DNA from: Octopus sinensis
Taxonomy: Eukaryota
NCBI RefSeq assembly: GCF_006345805.1
Contig: NC_043016.1
Coordinates: forward strand, 24,800,001-24,864,000
Length of the DNA stretch: 64,000 bases
Direction of reading: 5' to 3'
In this document: positions 48,721 to 59,959 of the stretch, piece by piece
How positions within the stretch are numbered: the first letter of the stretch is position 1
Layout: every line of letters begins with the position of its first letter
Notes under the pieces: model-generated
Seen by the model: the letters and a program-made list of their open reading frames with translations, nothing else
What the model was told of the DNA's origin: nothing
The model's database searches: none
Translations under genes and position numbers: made by a program

Positions 48721-51700
48721 GTATGTTATCATTCTTGTACTTCAATATATTTGTCTTATAAGACGCATTTTTAACCACCTTTTGCAAAATAGTAAAAAAC
48801 TCAAACGCCTCATATCACTGGGGCTCCTATGTGCGAAGTTACTTTAAATAAGAGTACAAAAACTCTTCTAGAAATTAGGGTGTATCTTATACATATGCGT
48901 TTTTTTTAATTAAAAAAATTATTTTTTTATACCATCAAATACGGTTTACATGTAATCTTGAACAAAGTGAAACTAACTGGAAAGGTTAACAATTGGCTAA
49001 TATGAGTATATCAGCACAATTCAACCATACACACGTATGTACCGGTGTGTTCGTATATCAACTCCTGAAATTTTACTTTAATTTAAATTATAACTCTAAA
49101 TAAAACATTTTGCGTTTTACTCCTCATTTCTGCTGATTATTAGTACTTTACGTTTCACTTTTTCTGTCGGAAGTTGTCCATATTTAAAATTTTTTTTTGT
49201 AAAACTTCGATTCTGTAAAATGATTTTTCTTTTTCCATTTCTAGGTAGAAGGGAAAGGAAATGGTATTAAAACAGTTGTTGTCAACATGCCAGAGATTGC
49301 CAAAGCTCTCTCAAGGCCCCCAAAATGTAAGCTTTTTTTTTCTCCTTGTGATGTAGATTTCATATTTGAAGTTCTGAATAGAATATAAGCTGTCAACTCG
49401 ATGAGTATTCAAGTTGCAAACTTTATTTTAACCTATTTATTTTTAAGATCCTACCAAGTATTTTGGCTGTGAACTTGGCGCCCAAACACAATTTGACTTG
49501 AAAAATGATCGCTACATTGTTAATGGTGCACATGAAGCTATTAAGCTGCAGGGATTACTTGATGGATTCATTAAGAAATTTGTGCTTTGTCCACAATGCT
49601 CTAATCCAGAGACCAATTTGGTAAGCAACTATTCTGAACGTTCAACTTTTATAACTTTGATTGAAGGTGCATATATTTTAAAGTTTTTTTTAATGAACTT
49701 TCAGGTTATTTTATCCAGAAAGCAGCTTATCTTGCAACGTTGTATTGCATGTGGATACCAAGGTCCCGTTGATATGAATCATAAGCTTACTACATTTATC
49801 TTGAAAAACCCACCTGATCAGGTAATGAATGGTTACTCTTCCTTTTTTTAAGATAGAAAGCATTTGATTTTAGGCATAATTTGGGGCCATAAGAAAAGCT
49901 AATTTTAAATTTCAATGGATTGTCAATATTTTCTAAAGAATTTAATGTCTGTATATTGCCTAATAATAGAACACTATGAACTGCACATTAAAGTATCTTG
50001 TGAATATATCAACTTGGTATTCAAAACTGAAACTGAGAATTAATTTCATTTTCTAGGATAATCAAGCTCAAGCAACATCTAAAAGCAAAAAGTCAAAGAA
50101 GTCAAAGAAACAAGAGAGTGTGAATGGTGATTGTAACAGCCCTGAAGCTAATGCACAAGAACAAATGGCTGCTCAGCGTGCAAGTGGAGGAGATATTCTG
50201 GCACCTCCTGAGGCCCAAGATGCTGGTGATGATGATGATTGGACTGAAGATTTTAGTGAAGCAGCTGTCAGGGAACGTATGAGAGATTTGACATCGGCAG
50301 CCAAAGGGCTTACCTTAACAGATGATCTTGAAAAGACACAAGAAGAAAGAATGAACATTCTCTACAACTTTATCAAAGTGAGTTGAGTCGAAATTTTTCC
50401 TGAGTAATATGTTTATGTAACTTAGGCTTGCATAGTATTAGACAGTTCTTTTGCATTTTAAAATAAAAGGAATGCAAGTTTAGGTTTTAAGTATATTGAT
50501 ACTCCTATTGATTAGTTATTACTTTAATACTTTTGAATTTATTTTTAATGGGAATATCCAGTACCCTTGTGCTGATATAGTAAAAGGTTTTTGACATGTT
50601 TTAAACAATAGTATGTGTTTTTGAATAGAAGGTTTGATATTTTAGAGTTAATACATTTATTTATATTGGAATAGCAAAAGCATGAATCTAAAACCCTTGC
50701 TGGTGCTGACAAAGATATCCTTGCTGAAGCTGAACGTCTTGAGATCAAAGAGAAATGTCCTACAATCCTGGTTGAATTGCTTTTTAATGCAGACATTTTA
50801 AAACAAATTAAGGAACACAAGAAACTCCTCTTAAGGGTAAATATAGTTCCACTCTTTAATATTTAAATGCTTATTTTTAAACCCTTTTGATACCATGTAT
50901 ATAAGCATTGTTTTTAAAACAGTTTTAATTAAAATCTGTTGGTGTTTTTGTCATACAAACATGAAACCATCTTAAGTCTGTACTTTTCCAAATTAAAACT
51001 TAAGATTTGTGAACTTTTTTTTTCTTTCAGTTTTGCAATGATAGTCCAAAAGCCCAAAAATATCTGTTGTCTGGTATTGAAATTCTTGTTGGTAAAATCC
51101 ACAAGGATGTTCTTATGTCAAAGGTTCCACATATATTAAAGACACTGTATGATGAAGATATACTGGATGAAGATGTGATACTAAAATGGGCTGCTAAGGT
51201 GTGTTTCCCATCTCTTTGTCTTTCACATGTACTATTTTGTATTTGTTGTGAATATTTAAACTTCACTGGTTTATTTCTAACTTTTCAGCCAACTAAGAAT
51301 CATGTGTCCAAGTCAGTGGCTGAGGACATCAGGGAGAAAGCAAAGCCATTTATCAAGTGGTTGGAAGAAGCTGAAGTTGAAGACTCTGATAAAGATGGGT
51401 CTGATGATGAAGAGGTATATTCTGCTTTTCTATCTCTTACTTCCCTTGTCTATAATTGGTGCTAATACTTCAATTAAGAACATAGAAATATAAAGTATCC
51501 TGTACTGTACTGTAGTCCAATGTCAAATTACTAATTTAGGAGATAGCGTCTTTTTTTTTTTATTAGAAGAAAAAAAAAAAGAAAAAAAACTAGCATAACT
51601 TTCAGTCTCTTCTATCCTAGTAACTCAAAATTTATTTCATGTACTTATGAATAATTCAAGTTGTAAAAATTGTGACTTGTTGCTAAACATCAACAAATTG

Positions 51701-51838
51701 TTACAGTTACTAACACTTTTCTCTTTTTCTCTCTTCCAGATTGCCTATTCTCCTACTGAGGTAGTTTCTATGTCTGAACCAAAGAATGAGGATGATGATG
51801 ATGAGAGTGGAGCAGATATTGATATTGATGCCATTTGA
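48646..51838 (+). CDS. EIF5: Eukaryotic translation initiation factor 5, complete spliced CDS, 440 aa. Exons 48646-48720, 49245-49326, 49448-49620, 49705-49821, 50057-50377, 50675-50836, 51031-51198, 51289-51414, 51740-51838
   Basis: The exons join in frame through GT-AG introns (1323 nt including TGA). The protein begins [35 protein letters not shown] (GAP arginine in FYRYK) and contains [10 protein letters not shown], a CPQC...CIAC zinc ribbon, an acidic W2/HEAT C-terminus ([24 protein letters not shown]) and a DIDIDAI end. The start codon has good context (ggaATGg). Confidence 0.98.
49245..49326 (+). CDS. EIF5: eIF5 coding exon 2
   Basis: ctag acceptor; encodes [27 protein letters not shown]; donor gtaagc. 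Confidence 0.97.
49448..49620 (+). CDS. EIF5: eIF5 coding exon 3
   Basis: Encodes [23 protein letters not shown]...[14 protein letters not shown]; donor gtaagc. Confidence 0.97.
49705..49821 (+). CDS. EIF5: eIF5 coding exon 4
   Basis: tcag acceptor; encodes [18 protein letters not shown]...FILKNPPDQ; donor gtaatg. Confidence 0.96.
50057..50377 (+). CDS. EIF5: eIF5 coding exon 5
   Basis: Encodes the Lys-rich linker, [18 protein letters not shown] and LYNFIK; donor gtgagt. Confidence 0.95.
50675..50836 (+). CDS. EIF5: eIF5 coding exon 6
   Basis: Encodes QKHESK...[11 protein letters not shown]...LLLR; donor gtaaat. Confidence 0.93.
51031..51198 (+). CDS. EIF5: eIF5 coding exon 7
   Basis: Encodes [13 protein letters not shown]...[18 protein letters not shown]; donor gtgtgt. 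Confidence 0.95.
51289..51414 (+). CDS. EIF5: eIF5 coding exon 8
   Basis: Encodes [29 protein letters not shown]...DDEE; donor gtatat. Confidence 0.95.
51740..51838 (+). CDS. EIF5: eIF5 coding exon 9 (terminal)
   Basis: ccag acceptor; encodes IAYSPTEV...GADIDIDAI followed by TGA. Confidence 0.95.
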   Translation: MAYSPTEVVSMSEPKNEDDDDESGADIDIDAI

Positions 51839-52026
51839 AATCTTCTGGTCATTGCTTACTTAGAACATTTTAAAATTTGTTTCTGAGAATATTTTGTGCA
51901 GATACTAATTTTTTCAGGTCGAGTAACTTATGATAAAAGCATGCCAAAGAAAACTAAATACATTGACAAAAAGTCTACATTTTGTAAGGCTTTCAATGAA
52001 GAGAATGCGAACTGCACCAGTTTATT

Positions 52027-52491
52027 AATAAAGGGCGTAGGTAATAATTATACTAATCACATTTTCATTTGGTGCATATTTTTAATTTTAAGGATAATGT
52101 GCGAGGGTTATTCCCAAGTTAAATTTTCATTTAGTGTATTAATTTTTTCTCTAATTTAAAAATATGGATATTGTTGTTATTTTTTGGCTATTCTAGAAAT
52201 GTTTGTTGTTGGATAGAGCTCTTCATTAAAATCGACATATATTAAAACATTAACTATAATTTTAGCAGCGAACTAGATTTTTAAATGCGTCAAGAGCCCT
52301 AACAATTACTGCTTCCATTTCATTTTGACAAATGTTCTTTGCTAATATTGTCTCTACAGGTTGTGAACATGTATATTGGTAAGACCTGTTGACTCCTACG
52401 AATAAAATATTACATATTGTATGCTGTTGTTGTTTTGCTTACATGACTTTCAAGGCTAATTAAAATTTTTTTTAAATAGCATACAAATAAA
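52027..52491 (+). terminator. Candidate eIF5 polyadenylation signals
   Basis: AATAAA at 52027, 52401 and 52486, downstream of the stop codon. Which is used is unknown. Confidence 0.45.
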
Positions 52492-53809
52492 TTTGGAATA
52501 TTGAAGTTCTCAAACTGTATTCTAGATTGTTCAGTTTTTTCTTTTGTTCCCCCTCCTGTATTAAATTTGCAGCACAAATTGTATGGTCTTTGAAAATGGG
52601 TTTGCAGCTTTCATGAGCTTTTAACAATTATGGAAACGGGGGAATTGAAGTGATGTAAATTACAATCTTCCATCAAAATTAGATGTCAATTTGTTCCAAA
52701 CTCTGGCTTAACATTACTCAAATTCATTACAGTAATGCCTCTGAGTTAATTTGTACCTGGACACTTCATAAACCAGAGCAAAATCCCATAGATGCACTGT
52801 TATAAACCAATTTGTTTTCAGAAATATATTTTACCTAAAAAATTTATTTTTGTATATAAATCAGAATTCAATATAAAGAATATTTTATGTAAAGTAAAAG
52901 GAATGTCATTTATAATAAAAAATACAATTATAATAGTTCTCTGCATCACTTTCACTCACATGAGTTGCACGCACCACTTGTAGGTGCAATCACTGATTCA
53001 CTAATACTCATGGACTTTTAGATTTCTAGAGTTGTTTGCTTAGAAGCATTTATATGGTAGTAAAGAAGGTTGCACTTCATTCAAAATTTGGATCTTGTTT
53101 GAAAAACTTTCAGCTCACTGTACAAAACTTGTAAACCCGGGTTCTCATAAAGTGAGGCATTATTGTATTTTAAAGATTGTCAAATTTCAACAGAAATACC
53201 ATTGTTTATCAGCCGTCTTCAATGTGTACATGAATAGGACGTTTGGCAGGGTACAAAAATACCCTAGACTACTGTCTTTGGCATGGTTTGATGCTGTCCT
53301 TAACACCAACCACTTGGCATATTTATAGCTGTTTTTTTACATGGCACTGGCAGGAGTATTTGTGTGAGGATGAATGGTTAGTGAGACGGGTAGATACATG
53401 TGTTGCTATAATGGAGGTAATCAGAAGTGACAAATACTTGTCTTGCTATAGAGGAGGTACATGGTTACTCAAAGAGAGGTACAAGAAAGAGGACAAATAG
53501 GTGTGCTGAGGTAAAGGAAATAGTTTGTTACTTGGAGAAACGAGTGATCAAGAATGAGGGTGGAAATGGCTACCCAGCCAGAGGGAAACAGCATAGGTGT
53601 AAGATTGAAGTGCCAGGGTATATTCACAAGAAGGATCAGAGCATAGATGTGATTAGAGTAAGGAAGTGGGGGGGGGGGTACAAAGGTTGTAACATGCAGT
53701 AAGGTATTGCCAAAGAGACACAATTAGGGATTGTAGTGACTGAAAACCTGACAAAAATGGAAGTGGGAGCAGTGATACAGTAAGGGGGGCAAGAATGGGA
53801 ACTGGAACA

Positions 53810-54090
53810 TTCGCAAGCCAGGCAAAATGCTTGGTGGTATTTCGTCTGCTGCTACGTTCTGAGTTCAAATTCTGTCAACTTCGCCTTTCGGGGTCAATAT
53901 AATCAACTTAATCCGTTTGTCTGTGTTTAACCCCTTGTGGGTAGTAAAGAAATAGGTATTTCATCTGCCGTTATGTTCCGAGTTTAAATTCCGCTGTGGT
54001 CGACTTTGCCTTTCATCCTTTCGGGGTTGATACATTAAGTACCAGTTATGCACTGGTATTGATATAATTGACTTAATCCCTTTGTCACCT
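53810..54090 (+). mobile_element. Two tandem CORE/MIR-like SINE units
   Basis: ggtatttcgtctgc..tacgttctgagttcaaattc...gacttaatcc occurs at ~53836 and again at ~53956. Confidence 0.7.
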
Positions 54091-54199
54091 GTGTGGGTAA
54101 TAAAGAAATAAGGGGACTGGAAGACAGTTTATGATGAGGAAGGAAAAAGATGTAGGGTGTGTGAGAAGTTGGTTTACGTGGGGTACACAACACTTCTGA

Positions 54200-55560
54200 C
54201 GTGGGTGGATCCTTAGAACCTCATAATTCAAACATCTTGGTCCATTGTCATTTTCTCCATGAGCACTAAGATCCATCCTCACTACTTCATCCCATGTCTT
54301 CCTTTTCCACAGGTACCATCCACTTTCAGTGATGGGCACATGTTTACACAGTTGCCTTTGCTCATATGCATCATATGTCCAAACCAATGCATTCTCCTCC
54401 CTTACATGCCACATTTAATCCCTCTTATGCCTAACTTTTCTCTCAACACAGTTTTGCTTTGTTGGTCATGCACACTGTTCCAAATCCTGTGGAGCCTTCA
54501 TACCTCTGCAGTCAGAGCCCATATTTCACTTCATGTAATATAGCCATTTTCACACTCAGTCCAACAGAGGTAGTAGCTCTCTTAACTTCCACCCTGTTCT
54601 TATTCTAGAAACAATACTTTCAGAGCATCCACCACCGTTGCTAGTTTGGTCACCTGAATAACAGGAACTATCTATACCTCAAGAGAGTCTAAGTCCCTCA
54701 TTCTCTTAGTACTTTTTGTTCACACAAAAGCGACCTTATCTCAACCTACCTGTGATTCCACTGCATGCCTCATGTGTCCATAGCTTAAACTTGGTGCAGC
54801 AAATGGAATTTACATATTGAGCAGGGCCATTTACCTGATGTAAAAGAGTCTTATCTGCTTTCTTGCTTACAACAGCAACTTAAGTCTTTGCTAAGTTAAC
54901 TTTAAGGCCCTTTGGTTCCAGGTTTTGCTTCCAAACCTAGAAATTCTCCAATTCTGCAATAAGAGCAATGTCATCAGCATATAACAATTCCTGTGGGCAT
55001 CCAGTTTTGAAATCATGCTATGGCCTGGAGGACTATAATGAACAAGAGTGGACTAAACTCCCAACATGTACATAAAATTCATCACTATATTCAAGGCTAA
55101 CTCTCACCTTACAGCATTGCTGTACATGGCTTGAATGGGTCTAACAAGCCATTTTAGACAGCAGCAACCCTGTCGAAAGCTTTCTCCAGGTCAATGAAGG
55201 CTAAGTACAATGGTTTACTTTTGGCCAAATACTTTCTTGCAACCGTCTCACTAGGAAGATGGCAATCTGTGATACTTCTCCCTGGAACAAAACCAAACAG
55301 CATCTCATCTAGTTTAATTCTATCCCTAATCAGTTGAGATATAACTCTTAGACCTGGTCCAGCAGTTCAATACCTCTAGTTGTTTCTAAGGTATCATGTT
55401 TACCCTTGTAGCAGCTAACTATAATACTACTACACCCATCTTTGGGGATGACGCCTTCCTGAATAACCTGGTTAACTATGTGAGTCACAAAGCTGTATCC
55501 CACACTACCTGATATTTTAATAATCTGTGATTCCTGATGGTCCAGGGGCTTGCCCAGTCA
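54200..55560 (-). mobile_element. Heavily decayed RTE-like LINE fragment
   Basis: Minus-strand KTWDEVV, LLYADD and IDLEKAFD homology. Confidence 0.85.
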
Positions 55561-55599
55561 TCATATTCTTAATTACCTTATCTACTATACTGATGGCTG

Positions 55600-56180
55600 G
55601 TCCCTCAACTGGTTTGATATTGAAAGACTATATGGTAGTGAGATGTGGACCCTGAATGCAGAGGACAAGCGAAGGTTAGAATGGAATGAGGCGAGTATGC
55701 TCCGCTGGATGTGTAATGTAAGTGTACATAATCAACAGTGCCAGTGCTTTGAGAGGCACAGGAGGAATTAGATGATGAGTGCGAGAGAGAAGACTGCTGG
55801 TTTAGTCATGTGATGCAGATAGATGCCGACAGCTTCATAAACAAGTGCCAATCTCCCAAAGAAGATGGAAGTGAGAGACCCAGGAAGACATGAGATGAAG
55901 TACAGAAGAACAACCTCAGGATGTTGAATCATTCAGGCAAGATGACAAAGGACTGAGATACCTAGCACCTGGCTGTACTCTGCTGCAGAAGTGTTAAGAC
56001 CGACCCTTCTGGTGGTGTACAGCGCTTGTGGCGGTTCCACATAAAAGTGTTTGTGCAGCAGACTCTAAAATGGTTGGCATTAGGAAGGAAATCCAGCCAT
56101 ATAAACCATGCCAAATCAGACAGGGGTCTGACACAGCTCTCCAGTTTGCCAGCATGGACAACAGATGTTAAATGATGATG
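55600..56180 (+). mobile_element. RTE-like LINE 3' fragment
   Basis: LYGSEMWTLNAEDKRRLEWNEASMLRWMC and a 3' UTR ending in (gat)n. Confidence 0.75.
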
Positions 56181-57501
56181 ATATATATATATATATGTGA
56201 ATAAATAAATATACATATATATGCTGTACACCACCAGAAGGGTCAGTTTTAACACTTCTGCTGCAGAGTACAAATATATATATATATACATAACAAATGA
56301 AAGACAGAAGATGGAATATACAAGAATTATTAATCATGACAAATGTTTCAACACATCTAGCATTGATTCCTCATGGGTAAAACACTCAACAACTGGTTCA
56401 GGAGCATCCAGTGGTGCAGGTGTATCTTGTCAGGTGATAAATAAATACAGCTCTGTTCTGCAATGTAACTTTACGTCTTGTAGAGAGGAAATATCTTCAT
56501 TTATATAGAACATCAAAAATAAAATCACAGATGACAAAAAGAGAAACAAACACTCAATCCAGCGAGAAAAGTATTGAAAATAACTTAACAGATATGGATG
56601 TATAAATGCCCTCGGGCATGCTGCATGACGCGAGTATGCTTGCTCATACATGCATCTGCAAAAATGTGAGTTCTCAAACGGTAACATTGTGGTGGAATAT
56701 GATGTGCATCACAGTTGTAGGAATTACCAGTGTTTCTCATGCCTGCTTCTTGTATATACTGAGTTTTTTAATGGTACCCAGCCCTAGCTAGAACATCATT
56801 ATGATACGCTGCATAAGAATCGAAAATTTTATTGTTAGCATATATATATATATATATAAATGGTCCCTTGACATGTCTAAAGAGACAGTAACTTACAATA
56901 AGAACTGATCCAGGTTGTGATGACCCATCCACCCTATGGTATCCTTGGAAAAGTTATGATGATGATATGTGTGTGCACGTGTATGCATGAAACAAAACAA
57001 GTGACACAAGTTATTTTATCTAATGCTCTAAATAAAGATTAAGCCAGTCTACCACATGAACAGATCATTTATTTTATTGGCCCAGAAAGATGAAAGGGAT
57101 ATTGACTTTGGTGGGCTTAAACTTAGAATGTAGAGAGCCATATCAAACACCTGCTAGTTTGCCATTACATTGTCACACATCATGCATAAAAAATATGCTG
57201 TTTCAGTAAGGAGAGACTACCAAAATAACCTCCTGTTGTAGACTTAGCTATTAGTTATTTTAAATAGAAGATAAAGTGAAATGTTGAAAATATCAGCATG
57301 AAAGGGGGGGGGGTACCTCAGTAATTTTATACACATGCACACATATATTTAAAAATATATATATGTGTAAACCATACCAGCATGGAACATAGATGTATTA
57401 TATATATATAATATTAGGAAATATGATTCCAAACTTACAGGGAAAAATTCAGTTTAGTAATACTAAATCAAATTTCACAATATATAATACATGTATATAT
57501 T

Positions 57502-57708
57502 AATTAGAGAAGAACCACCATGAAGCAATTCAACATTGATATACTTAAATCATACCATATAGAAAAAAATTGAAGATACGATAAAACATTTACCCATAAC
57601 TAAATAAAGTACTAAATAATAAATAAATAGTATATTTATTTATTATTTAGTATGGTATGATTTAAGTATATCATTGTTGAATTGCTTCACGGTGGTTCTT
57701 CTCTAATT
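57502..57708. mobile_element. Foldback element with ~58-bp arms and an internal perfect palindrome
   Basis: aattagagaagaaccacc...cataccata versus tatggtatg...ggttcttctctaatt. Confidence 0.8.
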
Positions 57709-57920
57709 CATATATATATATAAATGTGTGTATTTTTCCCTTGTTAACAATTAACACGGAAAAAATATATAAATAGTTATCAGGGTAGCAAAAAATCCAC
57801 AAGTGAAAAGGTTGTAACTCCTTGTTTTTAAACGTAGAAATTTCGGGTTTACATGAAATATTTTGTATAATATATATATAAATAAATGGAGTTAAACGCA
57901 GGTGTTATTCAAGTTCCTTT

Positions 57921-58011
57921 ACTTCCAACCCATGTTTCGAAGATATCATTGGTATTATTCCAAAGGAATAAAATGGTGTAAAGCAATGATATTTCTTCTC
58001 TTCAGGGAAGT
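57921..58011 (-). ncRNA. Minimal type-I hammerhead ribozyme (predicted)
   Basis: Minus strand reads ACUUCC-CUGAAGA-stem II (GAAG aa AUAUCAUUG / CAAUGAUAU CUUC)-GAAA-C AUGG G-UU-GGAAGU. Stem I is a perfect 6 bp and the core residues are intact. Confidence 0.7.
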
Positions 58012-59211
58012 GAAGAAATGAAACTCGTCAATAAGACAGTATATAACAGAAAATGATGGATATGTATAGTGATTAACTGAACGCTTTTAAGTTTGTTTCA
58101 AAAAAACGTCAAAGGAAGCCCATAGAAAGAGGAGGGATAGAGGAAAGAAAAACGAATTAAATGAGAAGTATATACTGATATGTATATTAACTAAAACCAT
58201 ATAGACTTGGAAAAAGATATATCTAGTGATTGTGAAATGTAAGAAGAAAATTAGTGCTTAAATTATATATAATGATAGATATCACTTTATGAACTAAAGG
58301 TGTGTTTCTGCTAATGTTTACATCGGTATGCATGCTCTATAACTGTGTTTACAAGGGTTGTTTTAGAAAAAAAGAATAAAAAATAGCTCAGAATTACAGA
58401 GAAGACAGAATTCCTTGTCTTTGTCATAAGATATGGAGATTGAGAGAATCAACAAATCTAAATTAAATTGTTTATTGTGGTCTTTTAGATCCCAAATTAA
58501 CTTACCAAGCCCTGTACTGTTATGTTTATTCCTATCCCTAAATGTAGAGTAATGATTAGAAATTCTGTTATATAACTGAGATGTGTTAGGATTGGTTTTT
58601 CCAACACAAAAAATCTCTTACAAATTATCTCTTCACATAATATTAACCTGTTAAATATTGATACATTTACTAATACTCACAGTAATTTCTAGAATTTCTT
58701 TTTCTATTCTAGAAATTACTGGTACTTATGTATGTAAAACACAATCTTTACTTATGTATATATATTCTCATTATTGTTTAAAATAAATAAATAGACATAA
58801 TATCTAACAGTGGATTCCCTCCATTTTCTTCTAGCTGTATAAATTAAGGGTAAGCCACTTTTACCCTTGCCATCTATTACACTCATTACATCTATTACTG
58901 TAATTACCATGCAATAACCAACACTTGTGTATTAATAATTGAGTATATTACCAGCAGTATATTGGTTAGATACTATCCCTTGGTTGGATTCACAACCTCT
59001 AACTCTCTTGAAATTATATATGTATATATATATATATACATATATCATCATCATTTATATATATATCATATCTCCAGCTGCTTCAGATGTCAAGATACTA
59101 AAAATTGTCACAGTGTAGTAAAATGGTTTTACTATGGAATGATGAACCTATCTTTTTCATTTTCTGAAAAACTAGCATTTTTGGACTTATGACACTTTTG
59201 CATTATAGCAA

Positions 59212-59282
<71 letters not shown>

Positions 59283-59367
59283 AGAGTAAGCACATAAATG
59301 TGAAACAAGGTGAGAAAAAATAGTACTCAAATACTGGAGGTAGAGTAATATGATTTATTATTAAAGC

Positions 59368-59517
59368 TGCAAAAATATCACAAAAAGCTGCAACTCAGAG
59401 TTTCACATTCCTGTTCATCTGGCAGTTGTGATCCAGAATAGATCTATTCAGGATCACAACTGCCCAACGAATAGGAACGTGAAACTCTGAATAGCAGTTT
59501 TATGTAATGTTTTTGCA
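59368..59517. mobile_element. 150-bp palindrome made of two inverted, mutated hammerhead units
   Basis: Centre gaatagatctattc; each arm carries AACTGC-core-GAAACTCTGA-NTH-GCAG. Confidence 0.8.
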
Positions 59518-59523
59518 TCTTTG

Positions 59524-59706
59524 AGTGGCTGTGTGGTAGGTAGCTTGCTTACCAACCACATGGTTCCAGGTTCAGTCCCACTGCATGGCACCTTAGGCAC
59601 GTGTCTTCTATTATAGCCTTGGGCCACCCAAAGTCTTGTGAGTGGATTTGGTTGATGGAAACTGAAAGAAGCCCATCGTATGTATATATATATATATATG
59701 TATATA

Positions 59707-59748
<42 letters not shown>

Positions 59749-59940
59749 TGTGTTTGTGTGTCTGTATTTATCGCTTGACAACTGATGCTGGTGTGTTTAT
59801 GGCCCTATAACTTAGCGGTTTAGCAAAAGAGACCGACGGAATAAGTACTAGGCTTACAAAGAATAAGTCTGAGGATTGATTTGTTTGACTAAAGGTGGTG
59901 CTCCAGCATGGCTACAGTCAAATGACTGAAACAAGTAATA
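59524..59940 (+). mobile_element. tRNA-derived SINE, near full length, with internal (TA)n
   Basis: A-box-like TGGCTGTGTGG and B-box-like GGTTCAGTCCC, followed by the shared body. Confidence 0.85.
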
Positions 59941-59959
59941 GGATATATATATATATATC

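Noticed and set aside
53200-53800. Possible ancient LINE remnant downstream of eIF5
   Set aside because: No recognisable RT or endonuclease motif could be read, so it was left unassigned.
59524-59590. tRNA-like heads (also at 1780, 28425, 41710)
   Set aside because: These are SINE heads with degenerate A/B boxes and no cloverleaf, so they are not tRNA genes.
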